Shown here: one piece after another, positions 11,420 through 26,781 of the stretch
Position numbering within the stretch: position 1 is the first letter of the stretch
Layout of the letters: every line of letters begins with the position of its first letter
Source of the DNA: Oopsacas minuta
Taxonomy: Eukaryota > Animalia > Porifera
Direction: 5' to 3'
DNA length: 64,000 bases
NCBI GenBank assembly: GCA_024704765.1
Contig: JAKMXF010000360.1
Coordinates: 80,395-144,394 of the forward strand
Position numbers and translations under genes: made by a program
Notes under the pieces: model-generated
What the model saw: only the letters and a program-made list of their open reading frames with translations
What the model was told of the DNA's origin: nothing
Databases searched by the model: none

Positions 11420-12719
11420 TTACACCTTGTCAATAGAATTATAAGTATTATGTTTGTGTGTATTATCTTCTCCAGTCAGGAGTCCTACTTTAGAATTCCT
11501 CCTCTTCCTTTTAAGATAATTCTTAGGCAGACCGCTAATGATATTCCTCTCCCTTGCTTTAACTCTACATAGCATTATCATACAGCATACAGCTGATAAG
11601 ATTAGTACTACACCAATACATAAGAGGATTAGTAGAAATATCATCTGCATTGGATCTATTGGAATATAGTAGAATACGGATGTGACGTATGTAAGTCTTA
11701 TACGAATAGAGATTGTATTAAACTAATGAGCACGTTATTACGTATAACTCACTATTAAATATTCCCATTCCTCCATTAGCTATATCCAGACTATTAACCT
11801 CCGCTATAACTTCATGTAACTGGTATCTGAGAGCTGATATTGTAGGGTAGGTGTTACGTGATCCTCTGTATAACATGACGTCACTATATTTATTATATTC
11901 TGTTATGTTAATTTGTATATACACTGTGTCTATTAGTACTATTGAATTGTTAGGTGTATTATAGTTGATAGCTTCTATTAGAATACTGAATCTACCCTGA
12001 AGATACAAATAATATTAGATTTGTTGTTGTTTATGCTCTCCTTAATTAATTAAGAGTATTATTTATCAAGAAACTACTCATATTATTAGTACAGTCACCT
12101 CCTGTAATACCAAACACGGATATATAGAAATACCCGCTTATATCGAAGTGTGAATTATACAAATATATTCACACATATTTCATCTCAGTAATTATTACGG
12201 CTCCTTAGCTCCGAATTATAACAGCTGAATTGATTGTATGCTAATAGTGTATGGACAATACATTCCAACTAACATTAAAGGTATCCAGGGTGTTGTATTT
12301 AACAGGATTACTCTCTCTTCCTATTCTATCATCAAATGTAACGTTATTAACACGTGTATAAGGTTCTGTTATAACTATAGGATATACTGTATAAGGAGAG
12401 CTACAGTCTAGAGTTGTTGATGACTGTTCTAATATTACACATATCCTAAGGGCAGGATTACAATTATTGTTACAATAATCTCCATTGTATAATCTCCCTC
12501 TTGTGTTGAAGTATTTGTAGTCTATTGAGAGGTGTTTTGTAGCGATAGATGTGGTCTATAATTATATTAATAATTCGTAATATCTACTACACTGGAGTCC
12601 TCCTATTAGCAAGCTGTATTTTGAAGGAATTCCCTTGCTAACACGCGTACTTGTTGTTTATATCTCTAAATACTTACCAAATAATTAACTACAATAATAA
12701 TACACAAATAAGCAATCAT
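11420..12719 (-). CDS. Single-pass protein with a Notch-ligand N-terminal (MNNL/C2-like) domain only
   Basis: Exons 12719-12678 (MIAYLCIIIVVNYL), 12555-12274 (YKYFNTRGRLYNGDYCNNNCNPALRICV...NPVKY), 11996-11753 (GRFSILIEA...LIDTVYI...YRG...LRYQL) and 11655-11420 (TM plus basic tail ending IDKV). All splice phases are compatible. Confidence 0.7.
12092..12236. mobile_element. pogo/Tc1-like MITE family A, copy 1 (intronic)
   Basis: TA-flanked. Internal sequence (AACACGGATATATAGAAATACCCGCTTATATCGAAG) is shared with the 13153 and 24063 copies. Confidence 0.75.
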
Positions 12720-12905
12720 ATCTTTTCAATAAATCCATTATCCTCTCTGTAATATATAATACAGATAGCCTACAGTTATGTCATGTGATAGATTAGTGGC
12801 TGTATCCATGCGTTACATAACCTGTTAGGTATGTCTTTGATTTATTAATATTACCCATATATTCCCTCATCTATCATTTACATATATCAAAATAATACAG
12901 AATAT

Positions 12906-12948
12906 TCATATAGAAATTATAATATATACTATGAAGAATAATAGCAAA

Positions 12949-12979
<31 letters not shown>

Positions 12980-15031
12980 ATGCTAGAAGAATATATTATT
13001 CATAAATTGTTGTTGTTATAGAATTTGTAAATATTTGTTTACCTGAATTTGTTTCATCTACTGTTGGCTCAGTTACAGTTGTGTAAACAGTTGTTGTTTG
13101 TATTGTTGTTGTCATAGGAGAGTCAGTGGGATTATCTGTAAACAAATAAATACAGTTAACTCCTGTCATATCTAACACGGATAAATAGAAATACCCGCTA
13201 TATCGAGGTGTGAAATTGTACAAATATAGTAACATGTTCTATTGGTTATATCTAAGTAATTATCGGGTCCCTTGAGCTTAGATATTACTGGAGTTGTCTG
13301 TATTACCCAGTTTCTTACCTTCCCCTGTTCCCAAATCCTGTCCACACTGTCTAATCAGCATAATCATAGCAGTAATCTTATTTGGTAACTCATCAGCTGA
13401 TACATCTACAGGTTCATATATTATAGAGCTAGTAGAGGTGTTGTTAGACAGCTGAGTGAATGTTATTGTTTGTGTAATGTTTTGCTGAGTATATGAGTAG
13501 TTAAGATGTAGCTTATATGTTAATGATAATAGAGGGGGGGATGGTAAGGTGTTGGAGAGAGACTGTAAACAAATATATTAGGGAAGGTGTTACTATCTAT
13601 CTGTTATATATTATCTTACATTACAGGTGACAATATATGAGTATAACTCACCCAATCAGTAGTTAGTATCCCAGCTGTTCTGTCATATGATATCATCAAT
13701 GAATTGTTTACTATTGAATACTCTACACACAAACAAATATATACAATTTAACACCTTTGTTGTTACTGCTAGTGAAGTGGTTGGGGGTTGCCCTCCTGAC
13801 GATTCCCTGAAATGGGATGAAACCACCTTGACAACGCTATAACCTCTATGATATGTGATATATACTCACCTGGTATAGATATCTTGCTAGTATATCCATG
13901 TGTAGAGTTACCAGCACAGCTAGTGGCTACTACAGAATAGATATAATCTGTATTCAGTAATAGTTCTGTATTATCTGTATAGCTATTAGAATCTACTGTT
14001 GATATAACAGCTCCATTCCTATACACCGTATACGTATCTATGGATCTTTCTGATACAGAGGGTAGCCAGGATATCTGTATGTTGGAGCAGGTATCAGCTG
14101 ATAGAGTGGATAGTGTTGATGTTGGTGATACACTTTCAGGTACAACTACAGGTGTTTGTTGTTATTTACGTTTGTATTAACATAATTATATAATTACTCA
14201 CCAGCTGGTCTCATCATTTGTCCGGTAACTAGAGCCTCTGTAGTTTGAGCATTATCCAGAAATGCATGACAACCAAACACAATACTACTGTCAGATGGAA
14301 TGTATGATATATTTAACCAAGCGCCTGGCATTTCCTTGGTAACATTAAGTCCTGTATAATCCCCTATGTATCTGCTGGTATCTAGGTTTAAGAGGTGTAG
14401 TGTGGTAGGGAAGGTAGGATTAGATCCATTGAATGATATCTGAGCTGATGTGAATAGACTCTTGTTAGGAATGTCTGTTGGTACTATTATAATGCAAACC
14501 ATCTGGACAGTCTCTCCGGTACACAGGGGGTGATCTGGGGTGAAGGACATTGTGTTACCTAGAGGTGTTAAAATGTGTATATTTACGTATGCATACTTGC
14601 CAATCTTCCCTGGGATTTTACAAGAAATCCCAGGAAATTATTTTAAGGTGTTGCTATTACGTAATTGTCACCATATTTAAGATACCTCATTAACCATAAT
14701 CTTATAATATAGGAAGTATTAATAATCCTAAGCCTTATAAGTTATATCTGCTATTAGCACTCAATTAGCTGTCAGTATAGTAATGTAAGGCTTTATCACA
14801 GCTGTTTAGTACTGTTATTATTTATTATTTTAATTTGGACAAATATTGTTTACTGCAGGAGGTGTGATGATTAATCATATGAGACTCTCTCTACAGAGGA
14901 CAACTGCATACACCCATTGTATCCGTTAGTAAGAGCTCCCATTAATTACTTAATATCTTACTGAGTGCTGGTGTAAAAAAGCTGTATAATAATATGAATA
15001 TCTGTATATACTGTCTGTATGCTAACATCAT
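12906..15031 (-). CDS. Ig-FN3 protein B, a paralog of receptor A that ends in a hydrophobic tail with no cytoplasmic domain
   Basis: Exons 15031-14962 (signal MMLAYRQYIQIFILLY...), 14559-~14198 (Ig-like), ~14150-13870 (FN3, YSVVATSCAG), ~13710-13640 and ~13565-13315 (FN3-like, QCGQ shared with A), a Thr-rich stalk, and a last exon ASTTTTTTTTTILLLFFIVYIIISI-stop. Confidence 0.7.
13153..13300. mobile_element. MITE family A, copy 2
   Basis: TA-CAGTTAACTCC ... GGAGTTGTCTG-TA, with the same internal sequence as 12092. Confidence 0.8.
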
Positions 15032-15033
15032 CC

Positions 15034-15096
<63 letters not shown>
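15034..15096. repeat. (TTG)n microsatellite, ~21 units
   Basis: Read directly. It is (CAA)n on the coding strand, immediately upstream of the ATG of protein B. Confidence 0.95.
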
Positions 15097-15902
15097 ATAT
15101 TCTAGATAATACAGTTATTTGTAATTACAACAATAATAATCTGAGATAACAAATACGCAAACAGGTTGCCAGAGACGCCGAAAAATGCTAACCAGTTTCT
15201 GCCATTTGCCTGTTTGTGGCTGTTAGATTGTGTATGTAATATTTATTATATCCCAGTTCATAAGTAACTAACAGTCATTCTCTAAATGTCTGTTATTGTC
15301 AATTCTTACTGTTTGTATTTACCTTTATTGTTTGTTTGATATATAATTAATCAGAAGAATCACTTCATTTGAATATTAATCTACTTAGCTAGCTATTTAT
15401 ACGACACACTAGCAGCCATTAAACCTCTTCTTATCTGCTATATTCCCGGAGATTATATTATTAGAGTTCTTACTAGCTAGCTAGCTAGCTAGTAGTGTAA
15501 TTATTCGTGTATTTATTGCATATTTTATTCATTACGTTAGATCTGCTAGAGATAGCAAGCCCTATAATATTAGAGAAATATTTTAGCTGAATATTGCATT
15601 CTTGAAGATATTTTGTAGAATTGATTAGCTGTGATATTTTGAGTTTTTAAGGCTGCATTTATCGGCATTTGTGGCCAATTATTACCTCAATATGATCCCC
15701 TTTTGATCCGTATGGATCATTTTAGCACCCTATTAAATATATATTATATGATTATGTGTATATTAATGGAATATGCTTCTCTCTACACACATCACTAGCT
15801 TATTGAAATTATATACCAAATATGTCCAGTATAGTCTCTGTAGGCCCAATATTGATATAATATGATTAGAATTATACTTTGGATATTTTAATTACTTAAG
15901 TT

Positions 15903-16660
15903 ATGTGGAGTTGTTTGTGTTTATCTATTTTGTTGTGTTTTGTAGACAGAGTTACTGCTCAAAGTAAGTTATGGGGATTATGTACAGTCAATGTATGCCG
16001 GTTGTAAGAACACCGCATATAAGCACCATCCTCTGGATAACGCTACTCATATATTCCTGTATATGTATACCGACTATAACAACATGTATTACTACTCCAA
16101 AGTATGTTCTTATAACCGGTATATACTGTAAATGATTATTTAGTTATTAACACCTATACCCAGGGGGCCAGGCCGCTTATACGCGCTAAAATTTGAAGAA
16201 TACTTATAGGCCCGCGAAATTCTAAATATAACTACATAATACACGATAAGATATTGAAGTATTACTACTCGCTGGCATGTGGTGGAAAATTCTTTTAAGC
16301 TGGTTAATAGTTAGGTGTTATGTTATTAATCTTCATTATATGAACTATTAATTAACACCTTAATATCCTCTAGATCCAGTAGATGCTCTCTTCATATCTG
16401 TAGTAGTGTTAGTATCTGTTATGCTGTGTATAGCGTATTCCTCTATTATGATTATTAATATAGCCATTCTTGTTTATAAGAAATACAAATCTGATAAGAA
16501 TGCTACATTTGCTGCTAATCCTAACGTAAAGGAGAAAGACCTAGAGAAGTCTATTGTTGTTGGTAATCCTAATGCTCAGCTTGATGACACACCTATGCCA
16601 CAATTTGGAACAGCTGATACTATTGTACACAGAGAAGATCATACGTCACCAATTCAATAA
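15903..16660 (+). CDS. Small single-pass membrane protein with a minimal ectodomain
   Basis: Exon 15903-15963 (MWSCLCLSILLCFVDRVTAQ, phase 1) joins exon 16374-16660 (NPVDALFISVVVLVSVMLCIAYSSIMIINIAILV-YKKYK...). Confidence 0.6.
15985..16128. mobile_element. pogo/Tc1-like MITE family B, full-length copy (intronic)
   Basis: TA-CAGT...ACTG-TA, with inverted CCGGTT(G/A)TAAGAACA subterminal motifs. Partial copies lie at 19996-20090, 21637-21736 and 31291-31371. Confidence 0.8.
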
Positions 16661-17337
16661 ACATTATTTTGTAATAATATGTGCATATTTTGATTTAATA
16701 TTTTGTTTGTAAATATCTTAACTCTTACAAAACTAGCAATAAATATGAATTTTCTCTGCAAATGTAGTGCAGATCTCTACGGTCCCCATGACAGCAGGGG
16801 TCCACAGAATGTACCAATTTGTCATAGGGGCTGGATTGGTTACCTGAATGATCTATTTTTAGCGATTATAACCATGTACCTAACAGTATAATCATATAAC
16901 AGCAGGACTCATACTCCATGCAATGAATACTATTATAATCTCTTTAGAATATAATTCTGTTGTTTGTATTCTCTATTCTATACGCAGATTATACCAGCTG
17001 TTTCCTTGATGGCTTCTATATAGCTATATATTGTCCTGGAGTATTCAGCTTATAAATATGTAATTAGACTTATTTGTGTTTATTACATTAATCTGTAATA
17101 TATATTGTATAGATGGGAATATGTTGGGGGTATTTATAATGATCCCTCCATATTCCATTTGTAACCCCAAGTTGCTATGAAATTTGAAGTATTTTGGATT
17201 ATAATTGGAATAATTCCTATTATACAGTTCAGTTACCAGGACCATATGGCCCCTATCTGCTCCTATTAGCTCATAATAGTCCTAACACTATACACAATAT
17301 GACACTAACTCTTCTATAGTTCTATAACATATTAGAC

Positions 17338-19220
<1,883 letters not shown>

Positions 19221-19555
19221 TTCCTTATAGTGTCGTTATTAGTATTGTTATACATATCAATAGTGTTAATGTTATGCTATATGGAATATATATTATAGAT
19301 GTTAATACTTGTTTATGTTATATTATTTGTTGTTATTTGTTTGGGAGGAAGAGATCAATTCAGTTATTAGTTGTTTGCTGTAAAAGCCAATAAATATACA
19401 ACCCGTCAACTCCAGGTATATCGAAACTCCAGGGACCGTGATGATTACTCGATATAACCGATGAAATATGCGTATGTCCATATATGTACAATTTCACACT
19501 TATTATTTGATATACGTGGCTATCAGCTTTTAGACAATTTAATAACGTAAGAAGA

Positions 19556-22500
19556 ATGGATCTCCTCTCTAGGGGGTTCAGTGCGGTGCTAGGAGCGGGA
19601 CAGGAAGGTGAAAGAGAGGACTCTACAGCTGGAGTAGTAGAGAAGCTCTGTCATAGATTAACTACATCTACTCTATTACAGGATAGGAGAGATGCTATGA
19701 GAGCTCTAAGGTAATTAATTTGTTTACTTGTTTATTTGTTTGTTTACCTGTTATTCATCTAAACAGGTCTCTCTCTCAATCAGAAGAGGGCTACAGAGTA
19801 GAAGTAGGAGCACAGGCTCTCCCTCACATAGTCTCCTGTCTAGAGGAGAAGGACTCAGAGCTCTGTATACTGACACTAGAAGCTATTCTGGGATTAATAG
19901 CTGCTGATAAGACTAGTGAGCTTAATGTTACATTCTCAGAGATTGTACTCAAACAACCTGAGGTGTGATAAACTGGAACTATAGATAATTAAATACAGTA
20001 TATGCCGGTTATAAGAACACCCTTGGGAGTAGCAATACATGTTCTTAGAACCGGTATAAATATACAGGAATTTATGAGAACCGTTTTCCTGTATACAGGT
20101 AGTTGGTCGTATCGTAGAGGTGTCTACAGATGGTGATATACACAGTCAGCTGGCAGGTATCCGTGTGATACGAGCTCTAACCTATAATACAAAAGAGAGG
20201 GTACAAGAATGTCTCCTCTCCTCTCCTGGAGCTATATCTCATCTCATGGATATACTGGATAAACAAGATATCATAAGAAATGAAGTGTTACTAGTGTTAA
20301 GTGGAGTATGTGAATCTAATCCACAGGTATACAACTAATACATTTATCCAACAGCTGTCTTAAATATTATCTTTTATTCTTATTCTATTTATAGATTCAG
20401 AAGCTTATAGCCTTTGAGAGTGGATTTGACAGATTACTGAGTATAGTAGAGACAGAGGGCTGTTTATCAGGAGGTGTTATATCACAGGATTGTTTACATA
20501 TTTGTATATCTCTACTCTCTTCTAATTCCTCTAATCAATCTCTGTTTAGAGAGGGACCTTACGTATCTCCTATAAGGAATATATTAGAGGTGATTATATT
20601 AACAATTAAGATGTACTATTTACATATGTCTACTACGTATGCCTCTGTATTTAGGATGCTACAGTGTCTGATACAACAAGAGGCTGGGACCCAGGCAGAA
20701 CAGAGAATGCTCAGCTAACTCTGAAGTTAATCCGCACCCTTTGCTCTCCTGATAACCCCCTCTCTGCCTCCCAACAGGCTAGAGCTAGTTTCAGAAGAGG
20801 AGGTCTACTTGCTCCCCTATTTAACCTAATGCTATCTGGTATGTGTGGCTATTTATAGAACAATATCAGCTGATTATTCAATTATCACCTGTATATGTAT
20901 AATAGGTACAGTACCCAAGGAGCTATTAACTGACACTATCCTGACGGTAGCAGAGGTGATATGGGGACAGTCACACAGTCAGGAGGAGCTAGCTAGAGCT
21001 ACGATGCCAGCTAGCGGGGCTACTAATAAGCTAGCTATTGATACGCTATTGACATGTATGGTAAATGATAAACAGGTAAATAGTGTGTAGATACAATTGT
21101 AGAGTATTATATGACATTCTTGTCTGGTTGCTAGGCACAGCAGATGAGACTAGCTTGTCTGTATGCGTTACAGGGATATCTTGTGTCTAATCTTACAAAT
21201 CAACAGGACCTGCTATCTACTCTACTGCCCTCTAGGTAACAAATAAACAAATAAACAGACATATGTTTACTTCTAACACCTTGTATAGATCAGATGTAAC
21301 ATCCAGCTCATCATCAGGTCGCCTCCTCCTAGCTGGCCTCTTTGGTAGAGATCCTGTAACCTGCTGGTGCTCTAGTGTACTATTAGTATCAGCCTTAGAG
21401 AGTCAGGAGGCTAGAGAGGAACTGTTAAGAGTGCAGCTCTCCACTGGACAGGGACAAGGGTCTCTGGTTGCTATGATTTGTCAGAAGGTATGTAATACTA
21501 TATTCATATATTCTTTATATTATTAATCATGTTAATTAAAGGTCAGAGATCAGCTGTTAGAGCCCCTAAAGCTGTCAGGTCTACTCTGTCTGCTCTCTGT
21601 GTGGGTGCATAACTGTCCTTCAGGTTGGTAACCAATGTGTATGTCGGTTATAAGAACATCCTTGAGAGTAGCAATACATGTTCTTATAACCGGTATAAAT
21701 ATACAGGAATATATGAGAACCAGTATCCATAGGATGTAGCTTATAGTGTGAATCCATTAGGCGCTGCTATACTGCTTAGAGATGGAGCGTTTATTGATCA
21801 CATGATAACACAGACAGAGATACAGCCTGATTCAGAACAAGGAATAATACTCAGATCCTTATGTGCATTACAGCTGGGAGCTTGTATAGCAGCTTCTGGT
21901 AAGGATATGGATACAGAGAGAGGGAGGATATTAAATAGAGTACGAGTAGAACCTCTATGCGATATGATATCTTATGTACTCAGGTTTGTTACTGCTATAC
22001 TCCTATGTGCTAATTAGGTATTTAACCATGGATGGTGTTGTTATAGGAATAGCATATTATATTTACAACACCTTATAGTTCCAGTTATGTATTTATAGAT
22101 CAGATCCCTTCATAAGAGCTGCTAAGAAACCAGAACCTGTATCATTATCTCCTACAGCTATATCTCTATCATTCACATTCACTAATATAGCTAGACAAAT
22201 AGTAGATAGAGCTGTTATATCTATCAGCTGTCCTGTATCAGCTGATCAGGTAGATGATACAGCTGTAGTAGCTCAGTATAAACAGCTAATAGCTAGACAG
22301 GATGGGGAGATGGAAGTTATGAAAGGTACATTGGAGCAATACAGAGTACAGGTAGCCTCCTATACGTATATACAGTTAATACAAGTAGGGATGAATTTTC
22401 ACGCTTTATTGTCCATCGATTTATCGGAAAGTTTTTCAGTTATTTCACATTCCATTCGCTACTAACTGTTGTCTAGCTTTGCTATATAATGCTAGTTCTA

Positions 22501-23187
22501 TATATAGACAGATAGTCTCCGTAGAGAGGTGTCAATATATCAACAGAAACAATTAGACTCCTCGCAGCTGATACAACAGCTGAGAAGTAGAGTTAATCAG
22601 CTGGAGGATCAGCTGACTAGTCTCAGTACAAAAGATATACGATCTAGCCCTGAGTTAGATCAGAGTATTGATACATCTACCCCTGTTAGAGAGATAGCTA
22701 AGAAGAATGAGTTATTAGGTAAGCATAACGTCACTAGCAGGACATTATTTATAATCACATACTACATACCATGAATATATTCACCAACTCCTCTAACGTG
22801 CTTCTGTGACGTGTTAGTCCCAGTTTCCATGGTTACCTTGTTCGTATTTGTTTACAGGGACTTATTCCAATCTCTCCTCTAGAAAAGGAACAAGAGGAAC
22901 TGTTGATGTACTTAGCTGACCTAGATATGAAGGTCCGTAGATACAGGACTAGGTTAGAGGAATTAGGACAGTACCTCTCTTCATCAGAAGATGATTCAGA
23001 TAGCGAGAGACCTCTACAGGAACCTGAACTATACCCAGCTAATGGTTACCATAGCAACGTAGAATATTCACACCTAACTAGAGAAAGTGAATTCCCTACT
23101 CTGCCACCTGTGACAGCTACTGAGGCGACACATTTGTCACCCTTTGACCAACCACCATATAATTCCTCTCCCAATCAATTGACATAA
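19556..23187 (+). CDS. USO1: General vesicular transport factor p115
   Basis: N-terminus EKLCHRLTTSTLLQDRRDAMRAL, IQKLIAFESGFDRLLSIV, and a C-terminal LADLDMKVRRYRTRLEELG plus acidic tail; multi-exon. Confidence 0.93.
19996..20090. mobile_element. MITE family B, partial copy in a USO1 intron
   Basis: CAGTATATGCCGGTTATAAGAACACCCTTGGGAGTAGCAATACATG matches the reverse complement of 15985-16128. Confidence 0.75.
21637..21736. mobile_element. MITE family B, partial copy in a USO1 intron
   Basis: Near-identical to the 19996 copy. Confidence 0.75.
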
Positions 23188-23409
23188 CTGCTGTAATTAT
23201 ATTTAAGCTGTGTTGATAATGATATAGTTATTAATTCTATAAATAGAACAGAAATTTAATATTTATAGAATTAACCTGCATAACTAATAGCCGATACGGT
23301 TGCTACGATATAGTTATTGATATTACAGTGTAACCTCCTTGAACGGGGAACTTCTGGAAATGGCGTGATATTATTTGTTCTGTTAGCTGTTATATTATTA
23401 GTTAGCTTA

Positions 23410-26340
23410 ATGACAACTATAGCAAGTGATAACACTGATAGTGACACTATATGCTCTGTCAGGGGTCTAACTCTTGAGAATGGTAACGGAGATTCTAACA
23501 GCTTCGAGACAGAAGATCCTATTGCTTCTGTAAACAAGAAAACACGAAATATAGATACACATGAATTAAAACTTTCAAACTTCAAAAATGCACAATATGA
23601 CACTTCTAATTGTGTCGCAGTAGCCACTGAAATAGTCACAAATGGTATTGACACCTCTAGTGAAGAGTTAAGTGATAGAATTAGAAAACAAATTGAATAT
23701 TATTTCTCTAAGTAAGTTATTTGTTGTTGTTATTGTTGTTGTTGTTGTGTGATATTATTGTTTGTTTATCTTATAGAGAGAATTATTGGAACGATCAATA
23801 CTTGTGTAAGTTATATAATAAATAATAACAAATAAATACGTATACATATTTCACACCTTTGTTTAGTATCACAGAGTGACGCAGATAGGTTTGTGAGTAT
23901 AGTTATACTCGCTACTTTCCCAGCTGTTAAGCATCTATCAACTGATTTAGATGCTATTAGACATGCGTTAAGAGGATCAGTACAGCTGGAGATGGATCCA
24001 GCTGAGAATAAGGTAATCTAGGAGAAGTGTTTGTTTGTTTGTTTGTTTACTATATGTATATACAATCAACTCAGGTTATATCTAACACGGTATATATAGA
24101 AATACCCGCTTATATAGAAGTACAAATATTGTTCCAAACCGTCAAAATACGTATATTTCATCGGTTAGTATCTAAGTAACTATCAGCTTAGATATAACCG
24201 GAGTTGATTGTATGTATTATTTATATCAGCTGGTTATTGTACACATTATGGTTTAGGTACGTCCCAACCTGAAGAGGTGCATATTAATCCTTCGGGACAT
24301 CCCTGAGGACACATCTCCCGAGGAGATAGAGGCCTTATTTGAGGGAGAGGGTGTACCAGACGTGAAGGGACGAGTAGAGTTTGCTATTAACAGTAATTGC
24401 TATATCAGATTTGATTCTGAAGCTGATGCTAGCTCTGCTTATCAATTTGTTATTAACAAGACATACAATGGGAAACCTATATATGTGAGTTATTTGTTTG
24501 TTTGTTTGTTTGTTTGTTTGTTTACTTCACACCTCTATCTACAGCCTAGAATAAAGTCAGCGTCGTCATCTCTCCCACCTTCTCCAGATATGGTAACTAA
24601 TAATATAATCTATTTAGTAACATTTATACTTTGTGTATATTTTGTAGCCATCTCCTTACCCTACTAGACAATTCGACCAATATCCTATGTACAATTACCC
24701 AGCTATACCAGTTAGTTACTGTATGTTATATATTAGTTCCGGTTATTAACACCTCTTATCCATAGCTTCCTTACATGCACCCAGCTCCTGTGTCCTCTTG
24801 GGGACCAATTGAGCCAATTCTGTACCAGGGATATCTTAAACCAACACTATTAGGTAATGTCTTATGATATATGTATATTAGGTGTTAAGATTAATCACAT
24901 TCTTACAGTTCCCAGATATATACCAATGCCAAGAATGTTCCCACATAAACAATCTGAATTCGTCGGCTCCCCAGTTACCAGAAATGGTAGTTTGGAATTT
25001 AATCAGTCATCACCTCCTAACACTAGACATCACGGTAACACCTCTGTCTCCAGTGAGATACACGGGAGGGAGGGAGGGGAGGGGAGGAGCTCTAGACGGA
25101 AGACAGGGGGAAAATACCCGCCTAGGGAAGAGAAGAAGCCTGAGAGAGTTAGTTCTGGTATATACATATATTAGTTCTATATATTAATATGTGTGTATAG
25201 ATACCAACACCTAAAATGGATGCAGATTCATTCCCTCCATTACCTACTAGTCCAGGAGTACACACATTCCAATTCCACTCTCCTATCACCCCGCAGACTC
25301 CTGTAGAGCCTACTAATAAAACCCTCTCTGATATAGTGAGGAAGGGTCCAACCAGTGTCACATCTTCTCTCCCACGACACACCGCAGCTAATCCCCCTCC
25401 CTCTCTTGGTAGGGGTAGGGGTAGAGGGTTCTTAGAGTCCCCGGGGTGTGAGGTAGGGGACAGACATCAAGAGGGTGATACAGAAACATTTAAGTGAGTG
25501 ACACATCTCTTGTTTGTGGATGTTTACTGTATATGTATTTATAGGAGCGATGTTTCTAGACCTCTGGGTAGAGGTAGGAAGCCTAAGTCTCAGAGTACTT
25601 CAGATACACCCACACAGACCAATCAGCTGACAGATCAATCCAGGAGCTTGTCAGAGAGTGGAGACAAGGTGAGAACCCCTGGGGGCATAATAATATCCAA
25701 GCATTTGATTCTAATATCATAATTGTTATTTGTAGGATATTTCGAAATCTGAGAAGCTCTCCTATGCTCAGATGGCTCAGAAACTTCCCCCACCTCCTCC
25801 TCCCCCTCTCCCTGAGGCAGCTAACTACCTGACTGCCTCTCCTACACCCTCTGACTCCCCTAACCCTACCCCATCCTCTACTCAGACACAGGGGTTCTTT
25901 AAGGACTCCTCTGACACGTATTTTAATAGTTAGTTCCAGTTTCACATATTCTATACAAATATGTTATAACTGTTTGTTATAGGTTCTTCTAATAGAAGTA
26001 CACAGGATAGCGATAATAAATCTTCTCAACGGAAACATTACGTCAGGTAGCGTATATACACATTTATCCCATAATTAGTTCCAGTTTGATTGTAGTATGT
26101 TTAGGGTGTCAAATGGACCAATTAGCAGAGGTGTCAGGGGGTATAACGGATCAGAGAATCCTAAACTACACAGAAAGGGGGGATACTCAAATTCTAGAAC
26201 CTCTAGAGAGAGGAGAGCAGTACACCAGGACAGAGATAGCGCTTTCAGAGGTTAGTTTCAGTTACATATGTCAATCAGTATTTATCGTTTATTCTATTTA
26301 CAGATCATTAGCAATTATAAGATAACAGAACAGACTAACG
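23410..26340 (+). CDS. LARP4: La-related protein 4-like (La motif plus RRM-like domain, long disordered tail); ends approximate
   Basis: IRKQIEYYFS (La motif) and VRPNLKRCILILRDIPEDTSPEEIEALF, which is typical of LARP4. Confidence 0.85.
24063..24210. mobile_element. MITE family A, copy 3 in a LARP4 intron
   Basis: TA-CAATCAACTCAGGTTATATCTA ... TAGATATAACCGGAGTTGATTG-TA; near-perfect TIRs. Confidence 0.85.
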
Positions 26341-26781
26341 GCACGAATACTATTCTTATTATATTAAATTATTATCAACCATCTGATGTCTCTGTTCATG
26401 TGTGGAATATGTGTCGCAGTGGTTAGTGTTTGTTATTTGAGACATTTTGGTGGTTTGATAGATAATAGGAGAGCTAATCGACTCTATTATGAAATCAGTT
26501 CGATTCATTATTGTTATTTGTTTATTATTTGTGTACTGATTTGTAGATTAATATATTCATTGTTAATACAATACACTCAATTCTCGTTTTATTCTAGCTA
26601 GTATATCTATTTGATAATGAATTTATTTGCTATGAACTGATGTATCAGTTGTTCTAAGGGAAATATCAGCTGTGTGTTTGTGTGTCAGCTGAGCTCATTG
26701 GAGTTCAACACCTATCCTAAATAACAGCTGTTATGTAATACTAATTTTGAGATCCTGTGGACCAGCTGCTATCTTTCGTGA

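Noticed and set aside
12555-12990. Fusion of Ig-FN3 gene B with the MNNL gene into one transcript
   Set aside because: The MNNL gene has its own in-phase signal-peptide exon (12719-12678, GTAAGT donor). A phase-0 donor in B's last exon exists, so RNA-seq should still check this.
16700-17300. Short ORFs between the microprotein and V-ATPase B
   Set aside because: No coherent spliced model or recognisable motif on either strand.
23271-23654. Antisense ORFs over real genes (also 40471, 55953, 56555, 56844, 61418, 61706)
   Set aside because: Shadows of coding or repetitive sense-strand sequence.
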